Assembly: GCA_902527995.1 (NCBI GenBank)
Contig: CABZRA010000003.1
Span: forward strand, 3,716 to 67,715
Reading direction: 5' to 3'
DNA from: an uncultured SAR86 cluster bacterium
GTDB taxonomy: Bacteria; Pseudomonadota; Gammaproteobacteria; Magnimaribacterales; AG-339-G14
Length of the DNA: 64,000 nt
Numbering within the stretch: position 1 is the first letter of the stretch; each line of letters begins with the position of its first letter. A program made the translations under genes and the position numbers. The notes beneath the pieces were generated by a model. That model ran no database searches. It was not told the origin of the DNA and saw nothing but the letters and a program-made list of their open reading frames with translations. Shown piece by piece: positions 51,153 to 60,427 of the stretch.

Positions 51153-52127
51153 TTACCTTCTTTGAAGCTTAAAATTTTCGAAGATTTTATCTAACTCTTT
51201 TTTTGATTTCGTCGCACACCCCTTTGAAACAATCTCTTTTGTTAAATGAGGAGCAAACATGTTAATGAATTCAAATAAATGACTTCGCAAATAAGTTCCT
51301 CTCCTGAAACCCATGTATGTTGTTCCAGAGTCGAATAAATGATTAGCATTTATTGCTTCAAGATCTGTGTCCTCATCTGAATTAAAAGCCATACTAGCAA
51401 TAATCCCAACTCCAGTACCCATCTTTACATAGGTTTTTATTACATCAGCATCGGTTGCAGTAAAAACTACATTTGCTTTTAAACCTCTTTCGAAAAAAGC
51501 TCTATCTAGATCATTACTACCAGTAAATCCGAAAACGTAGGTAACTATTGGGTATTGCGCTAAATCTTTAAGTTTAATTTTTGGTAACTTGGTTAACGGA
51601 TGTTTCTTTGGAACAATTATACTTCTAGACCATTTGTAGCACGGAAGTTTAATTAGATTTTCTCCCTTTTCATTAGTTTCTGTCCACAAAGCCAAGTCAA
51701 CCTCTCCTTTTGATGCCATTTCTACTGACTCGTCCGGAGTGCACTGATGCATTTGAAAGTTAACATTTGGATATTTTTTGACGAACTTATCTACTACTTT
51801 AGGTAGAGTAAATTTAGCCTGAGTATGAGTGGTGGCTATAGCCAAGGTTCCATAGTCTTCGTCTGAAAATTCTGTTGCTGCATGCTTTATGCCGTCAACC
51901 AGCGCAAGAATCTCTTCTATTTGTTCAAGAATTTTTTGCCCCACAGGAGTTATACTAACTAAATGCTTCCCAGATCTCTCGAATAGCTCTATGCCCAATT
52001 CTTCCTCAAGTAACTTTATCTGTTTACTTATTCCAGGTTGAGATGTGTACAAAGTCTTGGAAGCCTGAGAAACATTTAAATTGCTTCTAGCCACTTCTCT
52101 TACATATAAAAGTTGTTGGAACTTCAT
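51153..52127 (-). CDS. cysB: LysR-family transcriptional regulator, CysB-like
   Basis: 324 aa. N-terminal MKFQQLLYVREVARSNLNVSQASKTLYTSQPGISKQIKLLEEELG closely parallels the CysB/Cbl HTH. Confidence 0.82.
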   Translation of the reverse strand: MKFQQLLYVREVARSNLNVSQASKTLYTSQPGISKQIKLLEEELGIELFERSGKHLVSITPVGQKILEQIEEILALVDGIKHAATEFSDEDYGTLAIATTHTQAKFTLPKVVDKFVKKYPNVNFQMHQCTPDESVEMASKGEVDLALWTETNEKGENLIKLPCYKWSRSIIVPKKHPLTKLPKIKLKDLAQYPIVTYVFGFTGSNDLDRAFFERGLKANVVFTATDADVIKTYVKMGTGVGIIASMAFNSDEDTDLEAINANHLFDSGTTYMGFRRGTYLRSHLFEFINMFAPHLTKEIVSKGCATKSKKELDKIFENFKLQRR

Positions 52128-52200
52128 AAATACTTATTTCTTAATGATATATTGAAGTGATTTTAAACTAGTTTTTAGATATATCAAATATTAAATGTAG

Positions 52201-52228
52201 ATGACAAAATCTAAATACTGTATATAAT
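52201..52228 (+). promoter_or_regulatory. predicted sigma70-type promoter of lexA (-35 ATGACA, 16-nt spacer, -10 TATAAT)
   Basis: ATGACA at 52201-52206 and TATAAT at 52223-52228. The position 7 nt downstream of the -10 is 52235, the A of the lexA ATG. Confidence 0.45.
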
Positions 52229-52235
52229 TACAGTA
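52216..52235 (+). promoter_or_regulatory. LexA operator (SOS box)
   Basis: TACTGTATATAATTACAGTA is a perfect inverted repeat matching the gammaproteobacterial CTGT-N8-ACAG consensus. Confidence 0.9.
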
Positions 52236-52834
52236 TGAATACTTTAACTAACAGGCAAAAAGAAATATTTGATTTCATTAAATTAAAAATATCAAATGAA
52301 GGTTACCCTCCTACAAGAATGGAAATTTCAGAGTTCTTTGGCTTTAAATCTCCGAATGCTGCTGAGGATCACCTTAAAGCTTTAAAAAAGAAAGGTTTTA
52401 TAGATATACTCTCTGGAACATCAAGGGGAATTTCTCTGAGTGTTCATGACGATAGTATTCCTTTAATAGGTTTGGTAAGCGCTGGCAGTCCAATGCTTGC
52501 TGAAGAAAATGTCGAAAAAAGGATACCTGCTCTTCCAATTTCCTCACACGGAATAGATTATTACTTGAGAGTTAAAGGAGATAGCATGATTGATGTTGGA
52601 ATCTTTGATAACGATCTTATTGCGGTCAATAAAGATTTGAAAGTCAAAAAAAATACAATTGTAATTGCAAGAATTGATGATGATGTGACTGTAAAGACTT
52701 TGATAGAGATTTCCAATAACAAGGTTGTTCTGAAAGCAGAAAATAAAGATTATGATGATATCGTCATAAATCCAAAAAAAGTTAATTTAAATTTCGAAGG
52801 AACTTGTGTCGGTCTGATTAGAAATATTAGTTAG
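52235..52834 (+). CDS. lexA: LexA repressor
   Basis: 199 aa. N-terminal LTNRQKEIFDFIK...GYPPTRMEISEFFGFKSPNAAEDHLKALKKKGFI, the AG cleavage site (VSAGSP), and catalytic Ser/Lys (KGDSM, VTVK). Confidence 0.96.
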   Translation: MNTLTNRQKEIFDFIKLKISNEGYPPTRMEISEFFGFKSPNAAEDHLKALKKKGFIDILSGTSRGISLSVHDDSIPLIGLVSAGSPMLAEENVEKRIPALPISSHGIDYYLRVKGDSMIDVGIFDNDLIAVNKDLKVKKNTIVIARIDDDVTVKTLIEISNNKVVLKAENKDYDDIVINPKKVNLNFEGTCVGLIRNIS

Positions 52835-55368
52835 TTGATAAAATTGAAAGTTTTTAAATCAAAAGTTTTTTTAATAAGATCACTTTGTTCTTGATCCTCA
52901 AGTTTATAAAAATCGTTTTGACATTCAACTTCTTGTTCACCACATTTTAAATATTTAACAAACTTGAATGCTTTGCCTGGTTTCTTTATTTTAATCCCAA
53001 TAGGTCTTGATGTTTCAGGATGGAATCCTAAAATCCTTAAACTTTTCAAAACAAATAGCTGAGTATCTTTGTTGTCGTAATCTAATTCGTGAGGATTGTA
53101 GTAAGTAACCTTTGGATTTTTTGGTTTATCTTCAGGAGGTAACTTAGTTGCTTTATTAAATCCATCAAATTCAGTATATTCACCAAACCTGCCATTTTTC
53201 AATAAAACTGGTAATTTACTATTCGGTTCAGTAAATAAAATATGTTCTCCAGAGTCTCTTTCAATTAACTCTACTGCTCTATTTAATCCAATCTCTAGAA
53301 GATTTTCGTCTTCGTCAGGAGCTCCAAAGATTTTTTTCTCATCTTTAAAGGTCCATACACAAGGTCCATTTATGCTTATGTCTGCAAAAATTTGTTCTCC
53401 ATAATCCGGATGCAATCCAATCTCTTTTGGAAGTTCTTGATAAGTTTCCCATTTCACACTTGTATCGAAAGGCTTTTTTGTCCACTTGCATGAGGAACAT
53501 CCAATAAAATAACCCCAAGCACCAGATTTTAAACTTACTTCTTCTCCACATTTTGGACATTCTCTTGTCACAGTCCCATCTTCTTTAACAGGAAATATTT
53601 GATTAAATAATTCCTTGTTTAAGATATCTAAAACTTGTCTTGTCTTAAAATCTTCTTGATTACTAATTTCAATATCATCTACTTTTTTATTTAAGTAACT
53701 TTGTAATAATTCCCAAAATTTATCTAAGACCTCCTTCCAGGAAATTTCGCCTGATGAAATCTTATCTAAATCTTTCTCCATATCTGCAGTAAATTTATCT
53801 TCTATAAAAAAGTCTTTGAAAATAAATTTTAAATATGAACTTAATACCCTTCCTAAATCTGAGGGATTAATGCTTTTTGTTCCAAATGTATATTTCTTGT
53901 CTCTAAGGTTTTTCAGAACAGAAGCATAAGTTGAAGGACGTCCAATTCCTTCTTCCTCCATTTTTTTTATCAAAGATGCTTCAGAATATCTTCTTGGTGG
54001 GGCAGTAAATTTTTGCTCAAACGAAATTTTTGATAAATTTAATTCGCTTTCAATCTTTAGATCATCAGGAAAATCGCCAGCTACGCCCTCCTCTTCATCT
54101 TCTTTTGTTAAAAGTTCAAATCCTAAAAATAAATTTTTTCTAGACGCTGCTCTAAAAACAAATTTTTCATCTGAAGAACAAATGACCAATGTTTTTCTTT
54201 CGTATTTAGAATTTGACATTTGACTAGCTAAAGTTCTATTCCAAATCAAAGAATATAATTTCATTTCATCTCCACTTAATTTTGATTTGGAAGGTTTAAT
54301 CGAGAAATCAGTAGGTCTTATAGGTTCGTGAGCTTCTTGAGAATTAGCGGCTTTAGATTTGTAAATTTTTGTATTCTCGGATAAATAATTATCTCCATAC
54401 TCACTTTTTATAAAATCTCTTAGATCACCTAATACGTCATTACTGATTGAAATTCCGTCAGTTCTTAAATAAGTAATCAAGCCTTCCTCATAAAGCTTTT
54501 GTGCAACACGCATTGTTCTGTCTGCAGTAAATCCCATCTTGCTAGATGCTGCTTGTTGAAGAGTAGAAGTTCGAAAAGGAGCCTTAGAAGAATTAGTTTG
54601 AGGTTTTGACTCAATGTCTTTCAGATAATAGCTATTTGAGGCAAGTTTTTCGTTTACAGAGTTTGCATCATCTTCATTAGAAATTCTTTTTTTGTCAGTC
54701 TTTTCTCCATCTATGGAGTATAGATTTGCTTCAACTTCAAATTCATTGAATTTAAATTTACCTCTAAAAGGCCAATATTCCTCAGGTATAAAAGCATCAA
54801 TTTCATCTTCTTTTTCACAGACTATTCTTAGCGAAGGAGATTGGACCCTTCCTGCAGATTTAGCCCTTGATATATGTCTCCACAAAAAAGGAGAAACCTT
54901 AAATCCAATTAAGTGATCTAAAATTCTTCTTGCTAGGTAAGCGTCTACAAGGTTTTGATCAATTTCTCTAGGGCTTTTGATAGCTTCTTCAATTGCTGTT
55001 GGGGTTATTTCAGTAAAACTTATTCTTGAAACTAACTTATCTTTTAAGAGTTTCTTTTTTTCAAATTCATTTTTTAAGTGCCATGCAATTGCCTCTCCTT
55101 CTCTATCTGGATCAGTAGCTAAATAAATAGAATCATTTTCTTTACAAAGTTTGTTTAACTCTTTGATTACCTTTTTCCCTTTTGTGGTAGCTGCCCATTT
55201 AAGATCTTGCCAATCAGATGGATTTACAGCTTTTTCTTCATTAGGCAAATCACATATATGTCCTAAACAAGCATTAACTATCCAAGAATCATTGGGGAAT
55301 TTTGAGTCCAAATACCCTTTTATTTTGGTCGCCTTAGCATTTGATTCTACTATTACTAAATTCTTCAT
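52831..55368 (-). CDS. topA: DNA topoisomerase I
   Basis: 845 aa. Toprim domain LVIVESNAKA...ATDPDREGE, catalytic Tyr context GLITYLRTD, and a C-terminal Cys4 zinc ribbon CPKCGE...CSSCKW. Confidence 0.96.
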   Translation of the reverse strand: MKNLVIVESNAKATKIKGYLDSKFPNDSWIVNACLGHICDLPNEEKAVNPSDWQDLKWAATTKGKKVIKELNKLCKENDSIYLATDPDREGEAIAWHLKNEFEKKKLLKDKLVSRISFTEITPTAIEEAIKSPREIDQNLVDAYLARRILDHLIGFKVSPFLWRHISRAKSAGRVQSPSLRIVCEKEDEIDAFIPEEYWPFRGKFKFNEFEVEANLYSIDGEKTDKKRISNEDDANSVNEKLASNSYYLKDIESKPQTNSSKAPFRTSTLQQAASSKMGFTADRTMRVAQKLYEEGLITYLRTDGISISNDVLGDLRDFIKSEYGDNYLSENTKIYKSKAANSQEAHEPIRPTDFSIKPSKSKLSGDEMKLYSLIWNRTLASQMSNSKYERKTLVICSSDEKFVFRAASRKNLFLGFELLTKEDEEEGVAGDFPDDLKIESELNLSKISFEQKFTAPPRRYSEASLIKKMEEEGIGRPSTYASVLKNLRDKKYTFGTKSINPSDLGRVLSSYLKFIFKDFFIEDKFTADMEKDLDKISSGEISWKEVLDKFWELLQSYLNKKVDDIEISNQEDFKTRQVLDILNKELFNQIFPVKEDGTVTRECPKCGEEVSLKSGAWGYFIGCSSCKWTKKPFDTSVKWETYQELPKEIGLHPDYGEQIFADISINGPCVWTFKDEKKIFGAPDEDENLLEIGLNRAVELIERDSGEHILFTEPNSKLPVLLKNGRFGEYTEFDGFNKATKLPPEDKPKNPKVTYYNPHELDYDNKDTQLFVLKSLRILGFHPETSRPIGIKIKKPGKAFKFVKYLKCGEQEVECQNDFYKLEDQEQSDLIKKTFDLKTFNFIN

Positions 55369-55410
55369 CTTTTTTAATATGTGATAAAGATTTATATTTT
55401 GTCAAGTTAA

Positions 55411-56412
55411 TTAAATTTCAAGGCCAGACTTTAATAAATCTGTTCCATAAAAAATAAACCCAGAATAGAGTTGTATTAAATCGGCTCCAAGGCTAAACCT
55501 TTTAGACACATCTTCTTTAGTCATTATTCCTCCCGAGGAAATTAAAGAAATCTCATTGCCACAGATCTTTTTGGCAAAAGTTAAATTGTCTTCTGACAAT
55601 TTTTTAATGTAATTTCCACTAATCCCCCCTTTAAGATTTTTGCTATGCTGTACTGAGCTATTGTTAAGAATTAATCCATCTACTTTAAATTCTAGACAAG
55701 ATAACAAGATCTTCTCAAGATTTTCAAAAGATTCATCAGGAGATATTTTAAGTATAAAGGGTTTACTCTGTTTAATTCCTCCATTTAATTGATCTTTTTT
55801 ATTCATTATTTTTTCTATTAAATTTTTAAAATAATTATCTGAGGAAAGATCTCTAAGATTTTCTGTATTAGGCGATGAAATATTTATAGCGATGTAATCT
55901 GCTTGATCATAAACATAGTCAATCAAATGAAGGTAATCCTTATAGGCATTTTCAATTTTTGTTTCTTTACTTTTACCAATACTGATACCTAAGACTCCGT
56001 CAAAAAAAAGTTTATTTTTTTCTATATTTTTAAGACCTTGGTAAATGCCAACGTTATTAAAGCCTAAAGAATTTACTATGTTTTTTTCTTTTGTAAATCT
56101 ATGGATTCTTGGTTTTGGATTTCCTGATTGAGGTTTGAGAGTAAGAGTTCCAACTTCAACAAAACCAAACCCGAGTTTTCCTAGTACATGAAAATAATCT
56201 GCGTTTTTATCTAGTCCTCCTGCAACTCCAATTTTATTTGGAAAATTTAGACCTAGTATTTGCTCTCCAATTGAGTCTTGAAAGTCTTGATTAGAAATAG
56301 ACGAAAGAAGACCAAGATTGTAAAGAATCTTTAAGCCCTCCAAACTAAATTTATTACTTAATTCCGGAGGAAGAAGATGAGCTAATGAGATTCCTAATTT
56401 ATTCAGATTCAC
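55411..56412 (-). CDS. pyrD: dihydroorotate dehydrogenase (quinone), class 2
   Basis: 333 aa. GVAGGLDKN, GFVEVGT, NSLGFNN, and NISSPNT. Confidence 0.92.
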   Translation of the reverse strand: MNLNKLGISLAHLLPPELSNKFSLEGLKILYNLGLLSSISNQDFQDSIGEQILGLNFPNKIGVAGGLDKNADYFHVLGKLGFGFVEVGTLTLKPQSGNPKPRIHRFTKEKNIVNSLGFNNVGIYQGLKNIEKNKLFFDGVLGISIGKSKETKIENAYKDYLHLIDYVYDQADYIAINISSPNTENLRDLSSDNYFKNLIEKIMNKKDQLNGGIKQSKPFILKISPDESFENLEKILLSCLEFKVDGLILNNSSVQHSKNLKGGISGNYIKKLSEDNLTFAKKICGNEISLISSGGIMTKEDVSKRFSLGADLIQLYSGFIFYGTDLLKSGLEI

Positions 56413-56417
56413 TTAAA

Positions 56418-57266
56418 TTAATCATCTAAATTAATTAATGGCTGACCCCAAGAAAGTTTTGTTCTACACGCTTCAAAATAATCATAACCTGGAGGATGAA
56501 TTAAGCTGTAACTACTCTTATTTTTAGAGATAATAATTTCGGAACCTTGGTAAACTTCAAAATCTTCTCTACCATCAACCACAATAGAAGCCTTTACTGA
56601 ATTCTTAAGTTTAATCTTTATTTTTTTTTGGTTCGGCAGAATCAACGGATTTGAAGAAGAGCTTTGGGAGAACATAGGCAAGATTGCAAATATCTCTTCT
56701 GTAGGGTAAATGATGGGGCCTCCTCCAGAGAAAAAATATCCTGAAGACCCTGTAGCTGAAGAAACTATAACTCCATCAGACTTGTGTTTAGAAATAAGCT
56801 TCTCTTCTTGAAATATTGAAAAATTTAACATTTTTGCAACTGTTCCAGAATGAAAAACAACTTCATTTATACCAATTAAGGATTCGGAATCATCTACTTG
56901 TATACTTAAGGAAGGCCTTTTTTCCAGTTGATAATTTCCTAAAAAAACTTCTGGCAATACTTTGGAGATTGAATCAACGTTCAGATCAGTCAGAAAACCT
57001 AATCTCCCAATATTTATTCCAAGCAAAGGGATTTCATTGTCAATTAAATTGGCAATCGTTCGGATCATAGTTCCATCCCCTCCAATTACCAAGATTAAGT
57101 CTGATTCTTTCTTCCCTATAACCTTATCAATATCTTTTTCATTGACAGGTAAAACATTTTTTATATCAATATCTGCCTTGTCTGCAGACTCGATACATAG
57201 ATCTAGAGCTTCTTTGAAGTTTCTTGAGGCAGAGTGAACAATGGTTGTAGACTTGATAAGTTTCAT
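56418..57266 (-). CDS. nadK: NAD+ kinase
   Basis: 282 aa. The GGDGT motif (VIGGDGTMIRT), NIGRLGFL, and SDGVIVSSATGSSGY. Confidence 0.92.
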   Translation of the reverse strand: MKLIKSTTIVHSASRNFKEALDLCIESADKADIDIKNVLPVNEKDIDKVIGKKESDLILVIGGDGTMIRTIANLIDNEIPLLGINIGRLGFLTDLNVDSISKVLPEVFLGNYQLEKRPSLSIQVDDSESLIGINEVVFHSGTVAKMLNFSIFQEEKLISKHKSDGVIVSSATGSSGYFFSGGGPIIYPTEEIFAILPMFSQSSSSNPLILPNQKKIKIKLKNSVKASIVVDGREDFEVYQGSEIIISKNKSSYSLIHPPGYDYFEACRTKLSWGQPLINLDD

Positions 57267-57269
57267 TAA

Positions 57270-58010
57270 TCAATTATTAGACACTAAAATTTCATTTTTT
57301 CTTATATTTTTTACTAAATAAATAAAAAAAGTATCTACTATAGCGATAAAAAATTTAAACACATATTTCGTTAAAGAAATACTTAAAGCTGTTAAAAAAT
57401 CTAATTCGCCAGCAATTACCCAAACAAAAGTATAAATAAAAGTGTCTAAAGCTTGTGACAATAGAGTCGAAATATTATTTCTTAACCACAACATTCTCTC
57501 TCCAGTAATTGTTTTAATTTTATGAAATACCCAAACGTCAAAGCTTTGACTTACAAGATATGCGGTTATAGAACCAATAACAAAAATTGGAGAGTAAACA
57601 GCAAGAGTTGAGATTGCTTCGTGAACAGATTCTGCAGAACTACTAATTTTTGAGGGAGTATACAAAGTGCTAAGAACGAGAGTGAACATCACCACAACAT
57701 TAGCAACAGCGCCAATTATCACAGCTTTTGTTGCCTCCTTTCGACCATATTTCTCATTCAATAAATCTGTAGCAAAGTAAATTCCAGAGTACATTATGGC
57801 TCCCATACTGACTGTAAAAGTGAATCCAAATACCTCAAGATCACTTACCTTGCCACCTTGTAAATTTCCTAAAATAATTCCTAGAACTACTGCAATGTAT
57901 AAACCTTCTTTTCCGAAAAAATAAAATAATATTATGGCAAGCGATAAGTCGTACAAAACAGTGACTATCCATAAAATTTCTGGATTGTTGTAAAAAAATT
58001 CTAAGTTCAT
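57270..58010 (-). CDS. yhhQ: queuosine-precursor transporter, YhhQ/VUT (DUF165) family
   Basis: 246 aa polytopic membrane protein. YFATDLLNEKYG, SQSFDVWVFHKIK, and RNNISTLLSQALDTFIY parallel E. coli YhhQ blocks from memory. Confidence 0.7.
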   Translation of the reverse strand: MNLEFFYNNPEILWIVTVLYDLSLAIILFYFFGKEGLYIAVVLGIILGNLQGGKVSDLEVFGFTFTVSMGAIMYSGIYFATDLLNEKYGRKEATKAVIIGAVANVVVMFTLVLSTLYTPSKISSSAESVHEAISTLAVYSPIFVIGSITAYLVSQSFDVWVFHKIKTITGERMLWLRNNISTLLSQALDTFIYTFVWVIAGELDFLTALSISLTKYVFKFFIAIVDTFFIYLVKNIRKNEILVSNN

Positions 58011-58087
58011 TTATTTAGTAATATGGGTTGAACAAAATCAAACCTTAGTTTAACTTATTAAAAATAAATTTGGATGAGGAGTAATTT

Positions 58088-59296
58088 ATGACGGATTTAG
58101 CTTTATTTAGAGAAGAAACTAGAGATTGGTTGGAAACAAATTGTCCGCCAGAAATGAGGAAACCGATGACCCCGCATGGAATGACTTGGGGTGGACGTAA
58201 CTGCAAATTTTCTCATCCTGATCAAGAACTTTGGCTTAAAAGGCTTGGCGAAAAAGGTTGGACAGCGCCTACGTGGCCTAAAGAATATGGAGGCGGAGGC
58301 CTAAATTACGATGAAAATAAAGTATTAGCTGAAGAAATGGCTAATCTCGGTACAAGAATGCCGCTAGCTAGTTTTGGTCTTTGGATGCTGGGTCCGGCCC
58401 TCTTAGAATATGCTTCTGAAGAGCAAAAAATGGAACACATTCCAAAAATTATTAAGGGAGAAATAAGATGGTGCCAAGGTTACAGTGAACCAGGATCAGG
58501 ATCGGATTTAGCTTCTTTAAAAACAAAAGCTGTTGAAGACGGAGAAAACTACATTGTAAATGGACAAAAAGTTTGGACTTCGTATGCAAATGAATGCGAC
58601 ATGATTTTTACCCTTGTCAGAACTGGTGCACAAGAACCAAAACATGAAGGTATAAGTTTCTTATTAATTGATATGGATCAATCTGGTGTAGAAACAAAGC
58701 CCATAAAGCTAATTTCTGGGGCTTCGCCTTTTTGTGAAACTTTCTTTACTGATGCAGTAGTACCAAAGAAAAACCTTATCCACAAACTTAATAAAGGATG
58801 GGACGTAGCAAAGAACTTGCTTCAACACGAAAGAAAAATGTTAGCAAGCATGGGTCTTGGCGGTTCAAAAGCTGCTAGCAAAGGAAAAACTGGCTCCGGT
58901 CTCGCAACGTTATCAAAAAAATATGTTGAGGTTAAAGAAGATAAAATAGTGGATGAAGGTCTCAGACAGAAAATTGCTAAGTGCGACATGAATTCTCATG
59001 CTTTTAGTTTGACGTTAAAAAGGGTCTCCGAGGAAGCGAAAAATAGTAATAACGGGCCAAGTGCAGCTACTTCTATTTTTAAACTATACGGATCTGAACA
59101 CAACAAGCAGAAATATGAAATCATGCTTGAAGCAATGGGAAGTCAAGCGCTCGGCTGGGAAGGCGGAGAATTCGGACCTGAAGAACTTGCAATAACTAGA
59201 GAATGGTTAAGGACAAAAGCTAACTCCATTGAAGGCGGTACCTCTGAGGTCCAATTGAATGTGATCTCAAAAAGAGTTTTAGATTTGCCTCAATAA
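58088..59296 (+). CDS. acyl-CoA dehydrogenase family protein (canonical FAD-loop copy)
   Basis: 402 aa. WCQGYSEPGSGSDLASLKT, NGQKVWTS, and C-terminal IEGGTSEVQ. Confidence 0.85.
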   Translation: MTDLALFREETRDWLETNCPPEMRKPMTPHGMTWGGRNCKFSHPDQELWLKRLGEKGWTAPTWPKEYGGGGLNYDENKVLAEEMANLGTRMPLASFGLWMLGPALLEYASEEQKMEHIPKIIKGEIRWCQGYSEPGSGSDLASLKTKAVEDGENYIVNGQKVWTSYANECDMIFTLVRTGAQEPKHEGISFLLIDMDQSGVETKPIKLISGASPFCETFFTDAVVPKKNLIHKLNKGWDVAKNLLQHERKMLASMGLGGSKAASKGKTGSGLATLSKKYVEVKEDKIVDEGLRQKIAKCDMNSHAFSLTLKRVSEEAKNSNNGPSAATSIFKLYGSEHNKQKYEIMLEAMGSQALGWEGGEFGPEELAITREWLRTKANSIEGGTSEVQLNVISKRVLDLPQ

Positions 59297-59300
59297 TTTT

Positions 59301-60422
59301 ATGTCTCTTGTTTTAAGCGAAACCGCAGCTTTTCTTCAAGATCAAACTCAAAGATTTGCTCGTGAGAAAACTCCGACAAGTCATTTTAGATCAGTGAGAG
59401 ATTCTGAAAATCCTGAGTGTTTTGATCGTGAAATATGGAAACAAATGGCTGAGCAAGGCCTCTCTGGAATTTTGATACCTGAAGAATACGGTGGTTCAAA
59501 TTTTGGACTGTCTGGTATTGGTGTAGTTTTACAGGAACTTGGAAGAACTCTAACTCCCTCTCCTTTATTTGCTACAGCTGTTCTTGGTGTAAGTTTAATT
59601 ACAAAACTTGGATCTGATGAACAAAAAAAGAAATATCTCCCTGAAATAGCAAATGGTAATCTAACTTGCTGTTTTGCGTTTGAAGAGGGCCCTAGACACA
59701 ATCCAAATGTTTCCGAAGTAACTGCAGAAAAAAATGGAGATAAATTTTTAATTAATGGTAAAAAGTTCTTCGTAGTTGATGGGAGCTTTGCAGATGTGAT
59801 AATAATTGCAGCAAAATCTTCTAAAGGATCTTCTCTTTTTCTGGTTGATAAAAACTCTGAGGGTTTAGAGATCAAAGAAGCAAAAATGGTAGATAGTAGA
59901 AATTCAGCAAATATGATTTTTACTAATGTTGAAATAAATTCTGAGAATATCTTAGGTGAAATTGACAACGCTCAAGATACTATTGAAGAAGTTTTAGATA
60001 TTGCAAGAGCTGCTATTTCTGCAGAAATGCTTGGTGGTGCATTAGAAGCTTTTGAAATAACGATTAATTACTTAAAAGAAAGAGAGCAATTTGGAGTAAA
60101 AATTGGATCTTTTCAAGCTTTGCAGCACAGAGCGGCAAATATGTTTACAGAATTAGAGTTATGCAAATCTTGTGTCTTGGAAAGCCTATCTTGCTTTGAA
60201 GAAAAATCTAACGATGTTCCGAGAATAGTTAGTTTAGCTAAAGCAAAAGTTGGAGAAACTTTTCATTTGATTTCTAATGAAGGTGTTCAAATGCACGGCG
60301 GCGTGGGAGTTACCGATGAATACGACATAGGGCTCTATCTTAAAAGAGCAAGAGTAGCAGAACAGATTTTTGGAAACTCAGAATTTCATAGAAACAGATA
60401 CGCTGAATTAACTGGTTACTAA
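59301..60422 (+). CDS. acyl-CoA dehydrogenase family protein (divergent copy)
   Basis: 373 aa, starting 4 nt after the previous ACAD. The ACAD fold is recognisable (INGKKFFVVDG, QMHGGVGVTDEYDIGLYLKRA). The FAD-loop position reads FEEGPRHNPNVSEV and the C-terminal signature reads IFGNSEFHR. Confidence 0.8.
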   Translation: MSLVLSETAAFLQDQTQRFAREKTPTSHFRSVRDSENPECFDREIWKQMAEQGLSGILIPEEYGGSNFGLSGIGVVLQELGRTLTPSPLFATAVLGVSLITKLGSDEQKKKYLPEIANGNLTCCFAFEEGPRHNPNVSEVTAEKNGDKFLINGKKFFVVDGSFADVIIIAAKSSKGSSLFLVDKNSEGLEIKEAKMVDSRNSANMIFTNVEINSENILGEIDNAQDTIEEVLDIARAAISAEMLGGALEAFEITINYLKEREQFGVKIGSFQALQHRAANMFTELELCKSCVLESLSCFEEKSNDVPRIVSLAKAKVGETFHLISNEGVQMHGGVGVTDEYDIGLYLKRARVAEQIFGNSEFHRNRYAELTGY

Positions 60423-60427
60423 AAAAT

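Noticed and set aside
58011-58087. Possible preQ1 riboswitch upstream of the yhhQ-like queuosine-precursor transporter. The minus strand contains an A-rich tract and AAACUAAGG.
   Set aside because: No 5-bp G/C-containing P1 hairpin precedes the A-rich tail, and the loop-tail pseudoknot of preQ1-I or preQ1-II cannot be drawn. The resemblance is limited to a short A-rich string that is expected by chance in AT-rich DNA. A covariance-model scan would settle it.
59381-59968. 195-aa ORF antisense to the second acyl-CoA dehydrogenase. This is strikingly long for an AT-rich genome.
   Set aside because: It lies entirely within a well-supported ACAD gene on the opposite strand. Its translation is low-complexity and rich in Ser, Phe, Pro and Lys, with no recognisable motif, start context or Shine-Dalgarno sequence. 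That is typical of a shadow ORF in the codon-aligned antisense frame.
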